Source: Leptospiraceae bacterium (GTDB lineage: Bacteria; Spirochaetota; Leptospiria; Leptospirales; Leptonemataceae). Taken from it: a DNA stretch of 64,000 bases. The first letter of the stretch is position 1. Every line of letters starts with the position of its first letter. The stretch spans positions 576,001 to 640,000 of the forward strand of contig JAVJNR010000004.1 in the NCBI GenBank assembly GCA_040217195.1. Direction: 5' to 3'. Below the pieces are notes generated by a model that worked only from the letters and a program-made list of their open reading frames with translations, ran no database searches and had not been told where the DNA came from. This document shows positions 46,694-55,164 of the stretch, piece by piece. A program made the position numbers and the translations under genes.

Positions 46694-47266
46694 TTACTGC
46701 TGTCGGCCTTCGATGACCTGTAGCAATACAGCCGAAGCAAGGCCCAGACGTCTGTCCAGAGAGGTGCCCGGATGAAAGGTAATTGTGATTTGAGGCACAA
46801 ATGGATTGAATGCCTGTTTGAAGTTTGCGGCTTCCTGACCATTGGCGGTTACAGTGAAAGCCTGAGGCACAAGATTGGAAAGTAGCCGGCGCACCAGAGC
46901 CAGTGCCATACTATCCTCCTGAATCGTGCCGATTTCATTCTCAGCTGAATCCAGAATAATCCATGAATCCCGCAGAATGGATTTCAATCCCTTGCGACGT
47001 AGAGTACCGATTCGTTCACCGGTTTTTGCATCATCCACATCGTAGGATGCTCCAAAGTCGATAATACTTCGGGCATTAATTTTTAGAAGCTCCTCATTGC
47101 GAGACTCGTCAGCGTAGACGGTAATAGCTTCCTTGAGCTTAAAGGCTTTTTGTTTCACGAACAAAAGCAGATTCTGGCGATTTCCATCATAGATTCGGAT
47201 TTCATTTCCGAACAATTTCCAGAATTTCATTCTGCAGTAATACTGGTCGAGAGAGTAGCGATCCAT
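46694..47266 (-). CDS. LURP-one/scramblase-like (Tubby C-terminal fold) protein
   Basis: FVKQKAFKLKE, IIDFGASYDV, IGTLRRKGLKSILRD and LDRRLGLASAVLL motifs. Confidence 0.75.
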   Translation of the reverse strand: MDRYSLDQYYCRMKFWKLFGNEIRIYDGNRQNLLLFVKQKAFKLKEAITVYADESRNEELLKINARSIIDFGASYDVDDAKTGERIGTLRRKGLKSILRDSWIILDSAENEIGTIQEDSMALALVRRLLSNLVPQAFTVTANGQEAANFKQAFNPFVPQITITFHPGTSLDRRLGLASAVLLQVIEGRQQ

Positions 47267-47530
47267 TTTGGTTTCCTGATTCTTAATCCTGGATCTGTCC
47301 AGGTTAGCCCAGTTTGAACTGCCATCACCGTTAATCCAGCCGAATTCAAAATTGCAGGGTACACGGAATTTCTGCAGGTCATTTTCAATTTAGGAGGCGA
47401 CTGAGTCCTGGTGATGCCTGCCTGGGCCACAGACTTCTGGTCAATGCAGCGGCATACCCTGGACAACAAATAAACGTCGTCCAGGGATTTTAATGGACAT
47501 CTGACAGGACGGGATGTTGTCTAATTAGTA

Positions 47531-48325
47531 ATGAATCCAATGTCCTTCGATCCTCATAATCTAGCTCTGGCACTAATTGTATCTATGGCATTACAGGCCG
47601 TTTTCTTTGCTTTCGCGGCTGCTCTTAAGACAGACAAAGTTACAGACCTTTCCTATAGCCTGACATTTTTGATCCTGGCTCTGGGCCTGCTCGCAATCAA
47701 CCATTCTGCAAGCAAGGCCCATTACTTTCTGGCCTTTATGGTTGCACTCTGGTCTGTTCGGCTAGGGGGTTACCTGCTGGTTCGCATCATTCGCATGGGT
47801 CGGGATCAGAGGTTCGATGGGATACGAGAAAGCTTTGTTGCTTTCCTGCTTTTCTGGGTATTTCAGGGCATTACGGTCTGGGTCACCATGCTTCCTGTGA
47901 TTTATGCATTGAGCCAACCGGAACTGCCTGCGGGAACTGCATTTATGTCTGGCGCAGGTTTATGGCTTCTGGGTCTTGCCTACGAGTCCATTGCAGATCA
48001 GCAGAAGTTTTCCTTTAAGAATGATCCGGCAAATGAGAATCGCTGGATAGATACCGGCCTGTGGAAGTATTCCAGACATCCAAATTATTTTGGCGAGATA
48101 CTGCTCTGGTGGGGCCTTTTTGTGGCAGTGCTACCCACCCTTTCCGGATGGGCCTATCTGCTAATAGCTGGACCTATCTTCATAACTTGCATTCTTCTGT
48201 TCTTCAGTGGAATACCACCTCTAGAAAGACGATACGCCAGAAAGTACGGAAACAATTCGCAATTCCAGAGATACAAAAAGGGAACGAGCCTGCTGATACC
48301 CTGGAAGCCTGCTCGCATCGGCTGA
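47531..48325 (+). CDS. DUF1295 / steroid 5-alpha-reductase-like membrane protein
   Basis: WSVRLGGYL, DQRF, ESIADQQK and GLWKYSRHPNYFGE motifs. Confidence 0.9.
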   Translation: MNPMSFDPHNLALALIVSMALQAVFFAFAAALKTDKVTDLSYSLTFLILALGLLAINHSASKAHYFLAFMVALWSVRLGGYLLVRIIRMGRDQRFDGIRESFVAFLLFWVFQGITVWVTMLPVIYALSQPELPAGTAFMSGAGLWLLGLAYESIADQQKFSFKNDPANENRWIDTGLWKYSRHPNYFGEILLWWGLFVAVLPTLSGWAYLLIAGPIFITCILLFFSGIPPLERRYARKYGNNSQFQRYKKGTSLLIPWKPARIG

Positions 48326-48340
48326 CTTGCCCCGATACCC

Positions 48341-48402
48341 GAGTTGCGAAGCTCCAGAGTTGCGAAGCTCCAGAGTTGCAAAGCTCCAGAGTTGCAAAGC
48401 TC
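48341..48402. repeat. 16-bp tandem repeat, about 3.9 copies of GAGTTGC(G/A)AAGCTCCA
   Basis: Units start at 48341, 48357, 48373 and 48389; lies between convergent genes. Confidence 0.95.
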
Positions 48403-48421
48403 TGAAATTCTACAAAGGACT

Positions 48422-50800
48422 TCAGTCAGCTACAAATAGTAGGGTCCCATTGGTAAATTCCCCTGGTTCCAATTCTCGCAGCTGAATGTACCGACTGTTC
48501 TGAGAACGAACAAATTGAAATCCGGATGCATTTTGAATCAGACTGCCGGCTGGAGCATTCAGGACAAACTTCCTGGTCCGATCTCCATTCAATGTGGCCT
48601 GCACTCCATTGCCAGTTTCCTGTAGACGAAGCTTGTACTCTATGAGTTTTTCACCGCGCCAATCCACGGCTGAATACGTTTTGTGTTTCAACCAGGGACT
48701 TTCATCATCAAGACCAAACCATCGCTCTTTTTTGGGCTCTGGATTTAGAAAAGCCACCACAGGTTCGGATGCAGGCGAAACAGAGGGTCCTGACTTTGCA
48801 ACAATTCGAATACTATAAGCGCCGGGTTCATCCAGTAGAAAATCCTGGGATAGTAGCGCTGCACCGGACGTTATAGTCTTCTTCGTTTGATATTCCTTTC
48901 CTGGCAATTGCGCTATTAGAATTTCATAGGATGTGGCATCGCTCTGGGCTTTCCATTTCAAGTTAACCTTTCCTTGATCGGAAGCATGAGCGCCCAGAAT
49001 TTCCGGAGCCTTCAGTTCCTTTATGGATCTCTCTGCTGTAAGAGAAACCGATGTTCGGCCATAAACCAGAGGACTGGTGGGCCCACTGCCAGCCTCATTG
49101 ATGGCAACAATTCGATAGCCATACCATTGACCGGGCCTCAAGGAGTTGGTGTCTTGAAACGCTGCATCTTTTGTGCGAAAAGGGCCTTCCCATTTCTGGC
49201 TGGATGGATCATAACGGTAGATCAAGTATTCCTGAACTCCGGGAGATTCATCCCATTGAAGTTTTATCTTTCCCTGGAGGCTTCCGCGACTAACCTGAAC
49301 ACCGGTTACCATGGCCGGCGGCAAATTCTCATCTGCAGCTGTAAGTACGAGAGGACGACTCCACATTCCTTTTATATTTGTATCTACTTTACGAATACGA
49401 TATGTATACCGGGCCCCTGGAGATACCCGATAGTCTTTAAATTCTTGCTCCCGGCTTGTGCCCAGCGATTGCCAGGTGGCCGACGTTTCATTCCATCTTT
49501 GAATCTCAAAGGCTGCCGCAGAAGACTGCCAGCTCAAATGGGCATAGATCTGGGTGCCTTTTTGAATCATCTTACCGCCCAGGATTTCGATTCGAGTAGA
49601 CGGATCCGGATTTCTGGAGGCAAACCCCTGGACCACCGGCGCATTCTCCTGGGGAGTGCGGCCCTTTTCATCCATACTCAAAACTCGATAGGCATAGGGA
49701 CGGCCCGGATCTACACTTGCATCCCGGAACAGAGTACTTGTTGAATACCCCACAGTCTGAAACTTCAGCGAATCATCATGGGGGGCCCGCTGAATCTCAT
49801 AGGCCAGGGCAGACGGTACAGGGCTCCAGGAAATTTCCACATGCCGAGCAGACTCTCCACGGGAGGCAAGAATCTGCTCCGGCGCCGGCAGATTTCCAGG
49901 AACATCGCCCGAATCTGGCGGAGCGCTATCCTCAATGATAAGTGCTGTGCGAATCAGCTGACTCATGGCATCGTAAGATATCCAGCCATAGCCGTCGGCG
50001 CCCCATTGCCGGCTCCAGGAATTCATTATCTTGAAGGCACCATTTTCGCGATCATCATCGTAGCCCACGATGACTACAGAATGACCGCCCATAAAGGCAC
50101 CATCCGGGCCTGCATATACTCCATCCTTCAGATCCAGAAGGTTTTCATAGAGAAGGATACCCACCATCACTGGATGGCCGGCTGCGATCTGGCGTTTGAT
50201 TCCATCCGGTGCATGGCTGGATAGAACTCTGTATCCTTCAATTCGAAACTTACCTGCAATTGGATGCAGCCGGGCAGACGGTCGGATGCCTGTCTGGCCC
50301 GGTTCGTAAGGCATTTCGCTCCAGGGAACCGCCCCTTTTCGCAGAAGTACGTCCAGAGCCTCCGGAAACGTGGCCCCTTTTGCACCGGATTGAAGCAGAG
50401 CTTCGCTATAGGCCGGTGAAAATACATGATGGCCGGGCCCCCCGCTAAAAGGACTGTCAAAGCCCCAGCCTCGGTGCAGATTTTCGTAGTACGATTTTAC
50501 TGCATAAACAGCAGCCCAGGAAATACAACTGGCCTGGTCTCCCTGATAGCCCACGGGCGGCATCTGCGAAGAAAGATCAATTTCTGAAGGTAGAGGTGCA
50601 GGCTGCATCTGTCCCGGTAGATCCGCACCCGGTATTGCAGAAAGCTGCTTCCAACCAGCCTGGCGATAACCGCAGTTCTTACATGGATCTGCGACCAGAG
50701 ATCCAAAGGATGGAAGGATCAGTAAGAAAGTCAGCCCGGCGGATTGCCAGGCTTTCCCGCTCCATAGGCGGTTTTCTCTTTCAGTTGCATGGTATTTCAT
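48422..50800 (-). CDS. Secreted C1 (papain-family) cysteine peptidase with FN3 repeats, paralog B
   Basis: QGDQASCISWA, GGHSVVIVGYDD and NSWS motifs; repeated FN3 signatures. Confidence 0.9.
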   Translation of the reverse strand: MKYHATERENRLWSGKAWQSAGLTFLLILPSFGSLVADPCKNCGYRQAGWKQLSAIPGADLPGQMQPAPLPSEIDLSSQMPPVGYQGDQASCISWAAVYAVKSYYENLHRGWGFDSPFSGGPGHHVFSPAYSEALLQSGAKGATFPEALDVLLRKGAVPWSEMPYEPGQTGIRPSARLHPIAGKFRIEGYRVLSSHAPDGIKRQIAAGHPVMVGILLYENLLDLKDGVYAGPDGAFMGGHSVVIVGYDDDRENGAFKIMNSWSRQWGADGYGWISYDAMSQLIRTALIIEDSAPPDSGDVPGNLPAPEQILASRGESARHVEISWSPVPSALAYEIQRAPHDDSLKFQTVGYSTSTLFRDASVDPGRPYAYRVLSMDEKGRTPQENAPVVQGFASRNPDPSTRIEILGGKMIQKGTQIYAHLSWQSSAAAFEIQRWNETSATWQSLGTSREQEFKDYRVSPGARYTYRIRKVDTNIKGMWSRPLVLTAADENLPPAMVTGVQVSRGSLQGKIKLQWDESPGVQEYLIYRYDPSSQKWEGPFRTKDAAFQDTNSLRPGQWYGYRIVAINEAGSGPTSPLVYGRTSVSLTAERSIKELKAPEILGAHASDQGKVNLKWKAQSDATSYEILIAQLPGKEYQTKKTITSGAALLSQDFLLDEPGAYSIRIVAKSGPSVSPASEPVVAFLNPEPKKERWFGLDDESPWLKHKTYSAVDWRGEKLIEYKLRLQETGNGVQATLNGDRTRKFVLNAPAGSLIQNASGFQFVRSQNSRYIQLRELEPGEFTNGTLLFVAD

Positions 50801-50806
50801 AGATTA

Positions 50807-53344
50807 TCAGTCGGATCGTGCGATACTAATGCTGCGACCGGATAGTCCTGGTACAGACTCATCGCTTTCTATAAGTAGAAAATCTTCCGAGTCAGCCAGC
50901 ACTCGCAATTTGCCGGCCTCCAGCACATCACTTTTTGCTGCATATAGGCCAGAATAGTTGCTGGAACGACCATCTACGGACAGAGTGATTGTGAAGCGAT
51001 CCTGCTCGGATTGAATCTTGACCTCAACCGCACGCATCTTTCCATCAAAAAATTCCCCTTTCCAGGTCCCTGTAAATCGTTCCAGGCCTGTGCCTGGAAG
51101 AAATCGATGCCTTTTCTGCACAGGTTCGGGGTTGCGAAAGGCGGTCACTGGCCTGGAGTTTTCTGATTCAGACCCCAGCTGAGCTTTGGTTCGAATCACA
51201 TAGAAGAACAGATCCCCGGCTTCTCCAGGTATCTTCTCGGAATAGCCAGTTTTATTTCCAGGAACCGCTGCCACAAATTCATAGTCGGCGCTGGAAACCA
51301 TTGAAGCCAGGCCTCGGCCACGGGTCTGCGCCCTGAAAACATAGTACTCGGCGGCTCCTTCGACAGCATCCCACTGGATGCTCACATTCTCACCTTTCAG
51401 ATTAGATTTAACATTCTCTGGTGGAGGCAGAACCAGCCCGGCTCTTTTTGCATTTGGATTGGCCCTGCCCAGAGCAGGATGGCTATACCCACTGTTTCCG
51501 GCCTGATTCGCTGCGACTACAACGTAAGCAAACCATCGACCGGATCGGACGCTGGAGTCACGATCAATAAAAGTGGTACCGGTAACCTTTTGAGGACCCT
51601 CCCAGACCTTGCGGCCGTAGTCGTACCTAAAAATGGCATAGGCGGTAGCACCAGGTACACCGTTCCATTCCACTTCAATACGATCATTGTATATACCTTT
51701 GGAGGCCTCTATAGAACCGGGCTTTTCTGGCTTTGTAGTTCTACCCGGCAGATTCACCTGCACTGGTTCGGACCAATCTCCTGCACCCTTGCTATTGATA
51801 GCTCGCACAGCATAGGCCGTTACCTGATTGTTTCCAGGGTTGGCATCGTTGTAAGATGGACTGGTGGACGTACCCAACACCGCCCAGGAATCGTTGGAGG
51901 CATTGTACCTTGCAATTTGATAACGACTGGCTCCGGACACAGCATTCCAGTTCAACGATACACTTACGCCGGCCACTGCGCGAAGGCTAGCACGAAGACC
52001 ACTTACCTGTTGCGGAGTCGTTGTTCCGCCCTGCTGAGCGTATCCTTCAACAATAGTTGATCTTTCCGGGTCTGAATAGTTTTCTTCCGAGGCAACGGCT
52101 ACAACAAGATATTTATAGGCGACGTTGGCCTGAACCGTGCGATCTGCATGTACTGTAGATTCTGCATAGGCAATCTGTTCGAATCCAGTCCCTCCTGGAT
52201 CGGCGCGAAATACGATGTATACTACGGCTCCGGACACAGCAGACCAACTAATTTCCACACGATCGCTGTAAGTACCCCGGCTGGCTGTTACATTCGATGG
52301 CGGCTCAATCTTTTCAGATTCTTCAGGACCGGGGTTGGGTCCAGGTGTAGGTCCCGGACCGGGCTCGGATTCCTGAATATCATACATTACCAGAATATAG
52401 GGATTTAGCTTTCTCCACATAGAATAGGAGATCCAACCGTAACCACTGGTTCCCCAGGAAGTGCCCCAGGAGTTGATCAGTTTAAATGCTCCTACATCAC
52501 CGTTGGGAGAACGTTTGCTATCATCGTAGCCTACAAGGGTCATTGCATGTCCGCCGTAGTTCTGACCGGCTTTTCGATCATAGACCTGTCCGGACCGCAG
52601 ATTGTAAAATGCATCGTCTACAGGAATTCCAAATACCACTGGATTTCCGCTTGCAAGTTCAGCCTTTACGGCGTCCAGATTATTCGCTGGAATTCGCTTG
52701 AAGGACCGGGCTTTGAAACTTCCTGCCTGCTGGCGAGCGCCCGAGTTGGGTTGTCTGCGGAAATCATTTGGATTGTAAGGCATGGCCGCCCAGGGAGCAA
52801 TTCCCTGCTGTACAGCCAGCTGCATGGCATCATCCAGAACGGAACCATCGTCGCGACCACCGTTGATTTGATTATATACGTAAGCAGGTGAAAAAACTCG
52901 CTGGCCGGAGCCCCCGCTCATGGGTGAGTCATATTGCCAGTTTCTTTCAATTCGTTCCTGGTAACTTTTAGCTGCATAAGCTACGGCCCATGCTACACAA
53001 CTTCCCTGTTGCCCCTGATTTCCCACCGGAGGCATTCGAGAACTAAGATCCACGCTGGAAGGAAGACCGCGATGCCGGATCTGGGTGGTTGGAGCCAGCT
53101 CCACAGATCGCATGGCTGCAGGAGACGTCGGGTTGAATCCGCAATCCATTTCTTTCCCATCGCAACCTCGTGGGCGCACAGAGGAGGGATCAAAATCGCC
53201 TTCAGCCGGTAATCCTGTTCCCAGAAGTACCAGTGTAATGATCGCTATCCAGAAAGACCAGTTTCTGTAGGTGCCTGAAGGCTTACTGCTGAACCAGCCT
53301 GAAGTATTCCTGGTTTTTCGCAAAGACTTATCCTGCTTTTTCAT
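50807..53344 (-). CDS. Secreted C1 (papain-family) cysteine peptidase with FN3 repeats, paralog A
   Basis: QGQQGSCVAWA, GGHAMTLVGYDD and NSWGTSWG motifs; Pro/Gly linker; about 4 FN3 repeats; ATG at 53344 chosen. Confidence 0.92.
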   Translation of the reverse strand: MKKQDKSLRKTRNTSGWFSSKPSGTYRNWSFWIAIITLVLLGTGLPAEGDFDPSSVRPRGCDGKEMDCGFNPTSPAAMRSVELAPTTQIRHRGLPSSVDLSSRMPPVGNQGQQGSCVAWAVAYAAKSYQERIERNWQYDSPMSGGSGQRVFSPAYVYNQINGGRDDGSVLDDAMQLAVQQGIAPWAAMPYNPNDFRRQPNSGARQQAGSFKARSFKRIPANNLDAVKAELASGNPVVFGIPVDDAFYNLRSGQVYDRKAGQNYGGHAMTLVGYDDSKRSPNGDVGAFKLINSWGTSWGTSGYGWISYSMWRKLNPYILVMYDIQESEPGPGPTPGPNPGPEESEKIEPPSNVTASRGTYSDRVEISWSAVSGAVVYIVFRADPGGTGFEQIAYAESTVHADRTVQANVAYKYLVVAVASEENYSDPERSTIVEGYAQQGGTTTPQQVSGLRASLRAVAGVSVSLNWNAVSGASRYQIARYNASNDSWAVLGTSTSPSYNDANPGNNQVTAYAVRAINSKGAGDWSEPVQVNLPGRTTKPEKPGSIEASKGIYNDRIEVEWNGVPGATAYAIFRYDYGRKVWEGPQKVTGTTFIDRDSSVRSGRWFAYVVVAANQAGNSGYSHPALGRANPNAKRAGLVLPPPENVKSNLKGENVSIQWDAVEGAAEYYVFRAQTRGRGLASMVSSADYEFVAAVPGNKTGYSEKIPGEAGDLFFYVIRTKAQLGSESENSRPVTAFRNPEPVQKRHRFLPGTGLERFTGTWKGEFFDGKMRAVEVKIQSEQDRFTITLSVDGRSSNYSGLYAAKSDVLEAGKLRVLADSEDFLLIESDESVPGLSGRSISIARSD

Positions 53345-53427
53345 TTTGCGCTCCCCAATTCCAGCACGGAATCCTTTGGTTATGAGACGACAGTAATAGG
53401 GGGGAGGTTTCCCATTGCGCAACCGTT

Positions 53428-53874
53428 TTATGGTAGATTGCGAATTTCTTCGCTTAGTTTCTCATCAAATGGATGAAATGCGAATGCTTCCGGGGAATAA
53501 AGCACTGGAATGATGAAGCTACGGTTATCCACAGTCTGCTCTTTGAGGCGCAGAAAGATAATCCAATGACCCGGTCCTGGAGCTTCTCGCAATCCGGATT
53601 CGTACGAGCCAGGGGTGATCAGGAAATTCAGGGAAGTTAGCTTCTTTGCCTTGAAATTGGCCGGGGATTTCAAAGTGCCCTGTACTGTAATACTAAGTTG
53701 TATAGCGCTAACTACACTGTTCAGCGCCGTTTGCTGCTGAGCTGTGATCACAGCATGAATGACCACATCGCTATTTCGGGCTCGATCCAGAGGCGATTCC
53801 ATTGGAGGCAAAGCCTGTGAAATCCCTGGAAGTAGAAAAAGTAGCAGAGCAGCACACTGTAGTGGGATTCTCAT
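53428..53874 (-). CDS. Secreted hypothetical protein
   Basis: Signal peptide ending SQA; SDVVIHAVI...TVQGTLK...GHWIIFL. Confidence 0.7.
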   Translation of the reverse strand: MRIPLQCAALLLFLLPGISQALPPMESPLDRARNSDVVIHAVITAQQQTALNSVVSAIQLSITVQGTLKSPANFKAKKLTSLNFLITPGSYESGLREAPGPGHWIIFLRLKEQTVDNRSFIIPVLYSPEAFAFHPFDEKLSEEIRNLP

Positions 53875-54125
53875 GAGTCCGCAGAATCCGTGGTCTGAAA
53901 AACGTAATCGCTGAACTGTTTTAGAAGTTCCTGGGAGCCTGTGAACAGCACTTCCACCTGATCCTTTTCCAGGTCATATAGCACCGGAGTTTTTAAAGAA
54001 CTGGCAAACGCTTCCTTGGAAAGGGTGCCGGCTTTATCTTTTAAGAATGAATACCAGGTTGCCAGTACAATCTTCAGCTGGGCCAGATCCTTGATAGGCA
54101 TGGAGATTAGTTTTTCGTTTTCCAT
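53871..54125 (-). CDS. Small hypothetical protein (84 aa)
   Basis: ATG start; 4-bp ATGA overlap with the next gene; protein-like composition. Confidence 0.65.
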   Translation of the reverse strand: MENEKLISMPIKDLAQLKIVLATWYSFLKDKAGTLSKEAFASSLKTPVLYDLEKDQVEVLFTGSQELLKQFSDYVFQTTDSADS

Positions 54126-54246
54126 TGGGAAGTGCTTAACACAGGGAAGGTCAGTTACAAGCGAAAATTGATAGTTCTATTCAAAATGCGCTGCACGATA
54201 AAATGTCCATAGTTTCATGCCATGCAACATACTGAATGGGCCTGTT

Positions 54247-55164
54247 TCAGAAACGGAATCCAAAAGATACAAATAGTCCCAGACTGCCAAACGTTACCCT
54301 GGTCCTTTCTCGGATGGCCGAATTGGTGAATACATTTGTGCTGGCTTCCGCAAGCCTCTGGTTGATGGTAGCCAGGTCTGCAATATCTGGAAGCAGTGCG
54401 ATACTTCCATCGCCCAGAGTATAGTAATCAGCCCCGGAGTCCCTTAGATTTCCTCGGAAATCTCCCAGCAATGCATAGTCCCATCGCAGCCCTATTCGAA
54501 AAACGGAAAACTGGTAGGGACGGCTAAGAGCAAATTCCAGACGAGCCATGGTTCCGCTTCGGGCCCTGTGGGTAGCAGAATAGTCCCTCAATTCAAATCC
54601 GGTACGCTGCACTCCGCGAACCCTCCATACGGCTGTGGGGATAAGGCCGAATCCACCCCCTGCTTCCCAGCGCCAACCTCGAAGAAATTGACTCATTGGA
54701 CGTACATAGTGATAGCCCAGGAGAAAATAGGTGAGATTGAAGTCCATGCTGGAAACCAGAAATCGCCCGGAGCTTTCTACATGCTGAACTGAGAAGGAAG
54801 GCATGGAGTAGGAACCGATGGTAATCCCTGTGTAATGTTCCGGACCTATGAAATCGTTGAATCGAAAAAAGAACTCCGTCTGATACATTCGGTCCATGGG
54901 TTCCGCTTCGCTGTATCTTACTGGCTCAATAAAAATGGATGTGCGGAATTTCTGAATTCCTCGGCTGAAAGAATCTTCGAATCTCTCATGAGCTGAAAAT
55001 TGAAGCCCCAGTTCGAAGCTCTGGGCCGAGATCGGAGAAGGCCAGGCGAAGAGACAAAGGAAATAGACAACAAAGCCAACCAACGCTGTTCTGACCGGAA
55101 GCGTTATGGTTTTAGAAGTATTAAGTGTTCTTGCAGACAATCTATCTCTGGTACTGGCGGGCAT
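54247..55164 (-). CDS. Putative outer-membrane beta-barrel protein (start uncertain, 55083-55164)
   Basis: Signal-like LVGFVVYFLCLFAWPSPISA; amphipathic strands; C-terminal LFVSFGFRF. Confidence 0.7.
   Translation of the reverse strand: MPASTRDRLSARTLNTSKTITLPVRTALVGFVVYFLCLFAWPSPISAQSFELGLQFSAHERFEDSFSRGIQKFRTSIFIEPVRYSEAEPMDRMYQTEFFFRFNDFIGPEHYTGITIGSYSMPSFSVQHVESSGRFLVSSMDFNLTYFLLGYHYVRPMSQFLRGWRWEAGGGFGLIPTAVWRVRGVQRTGFELRDYSATHRARSGTMARLEFALSRPYQFSVFRIGLRWDYALLGDFRGNLRDSGADYYTLGDGSIALLPDIADLATINQRLAEASTNVFTNSAIRERTRVTFGSLGLFVSFGFRF

Noticed and set aside
48341..48402. Possible CRISPR array
   Set aside because: Contiguous 16-bp units without spacers, and no cas genes
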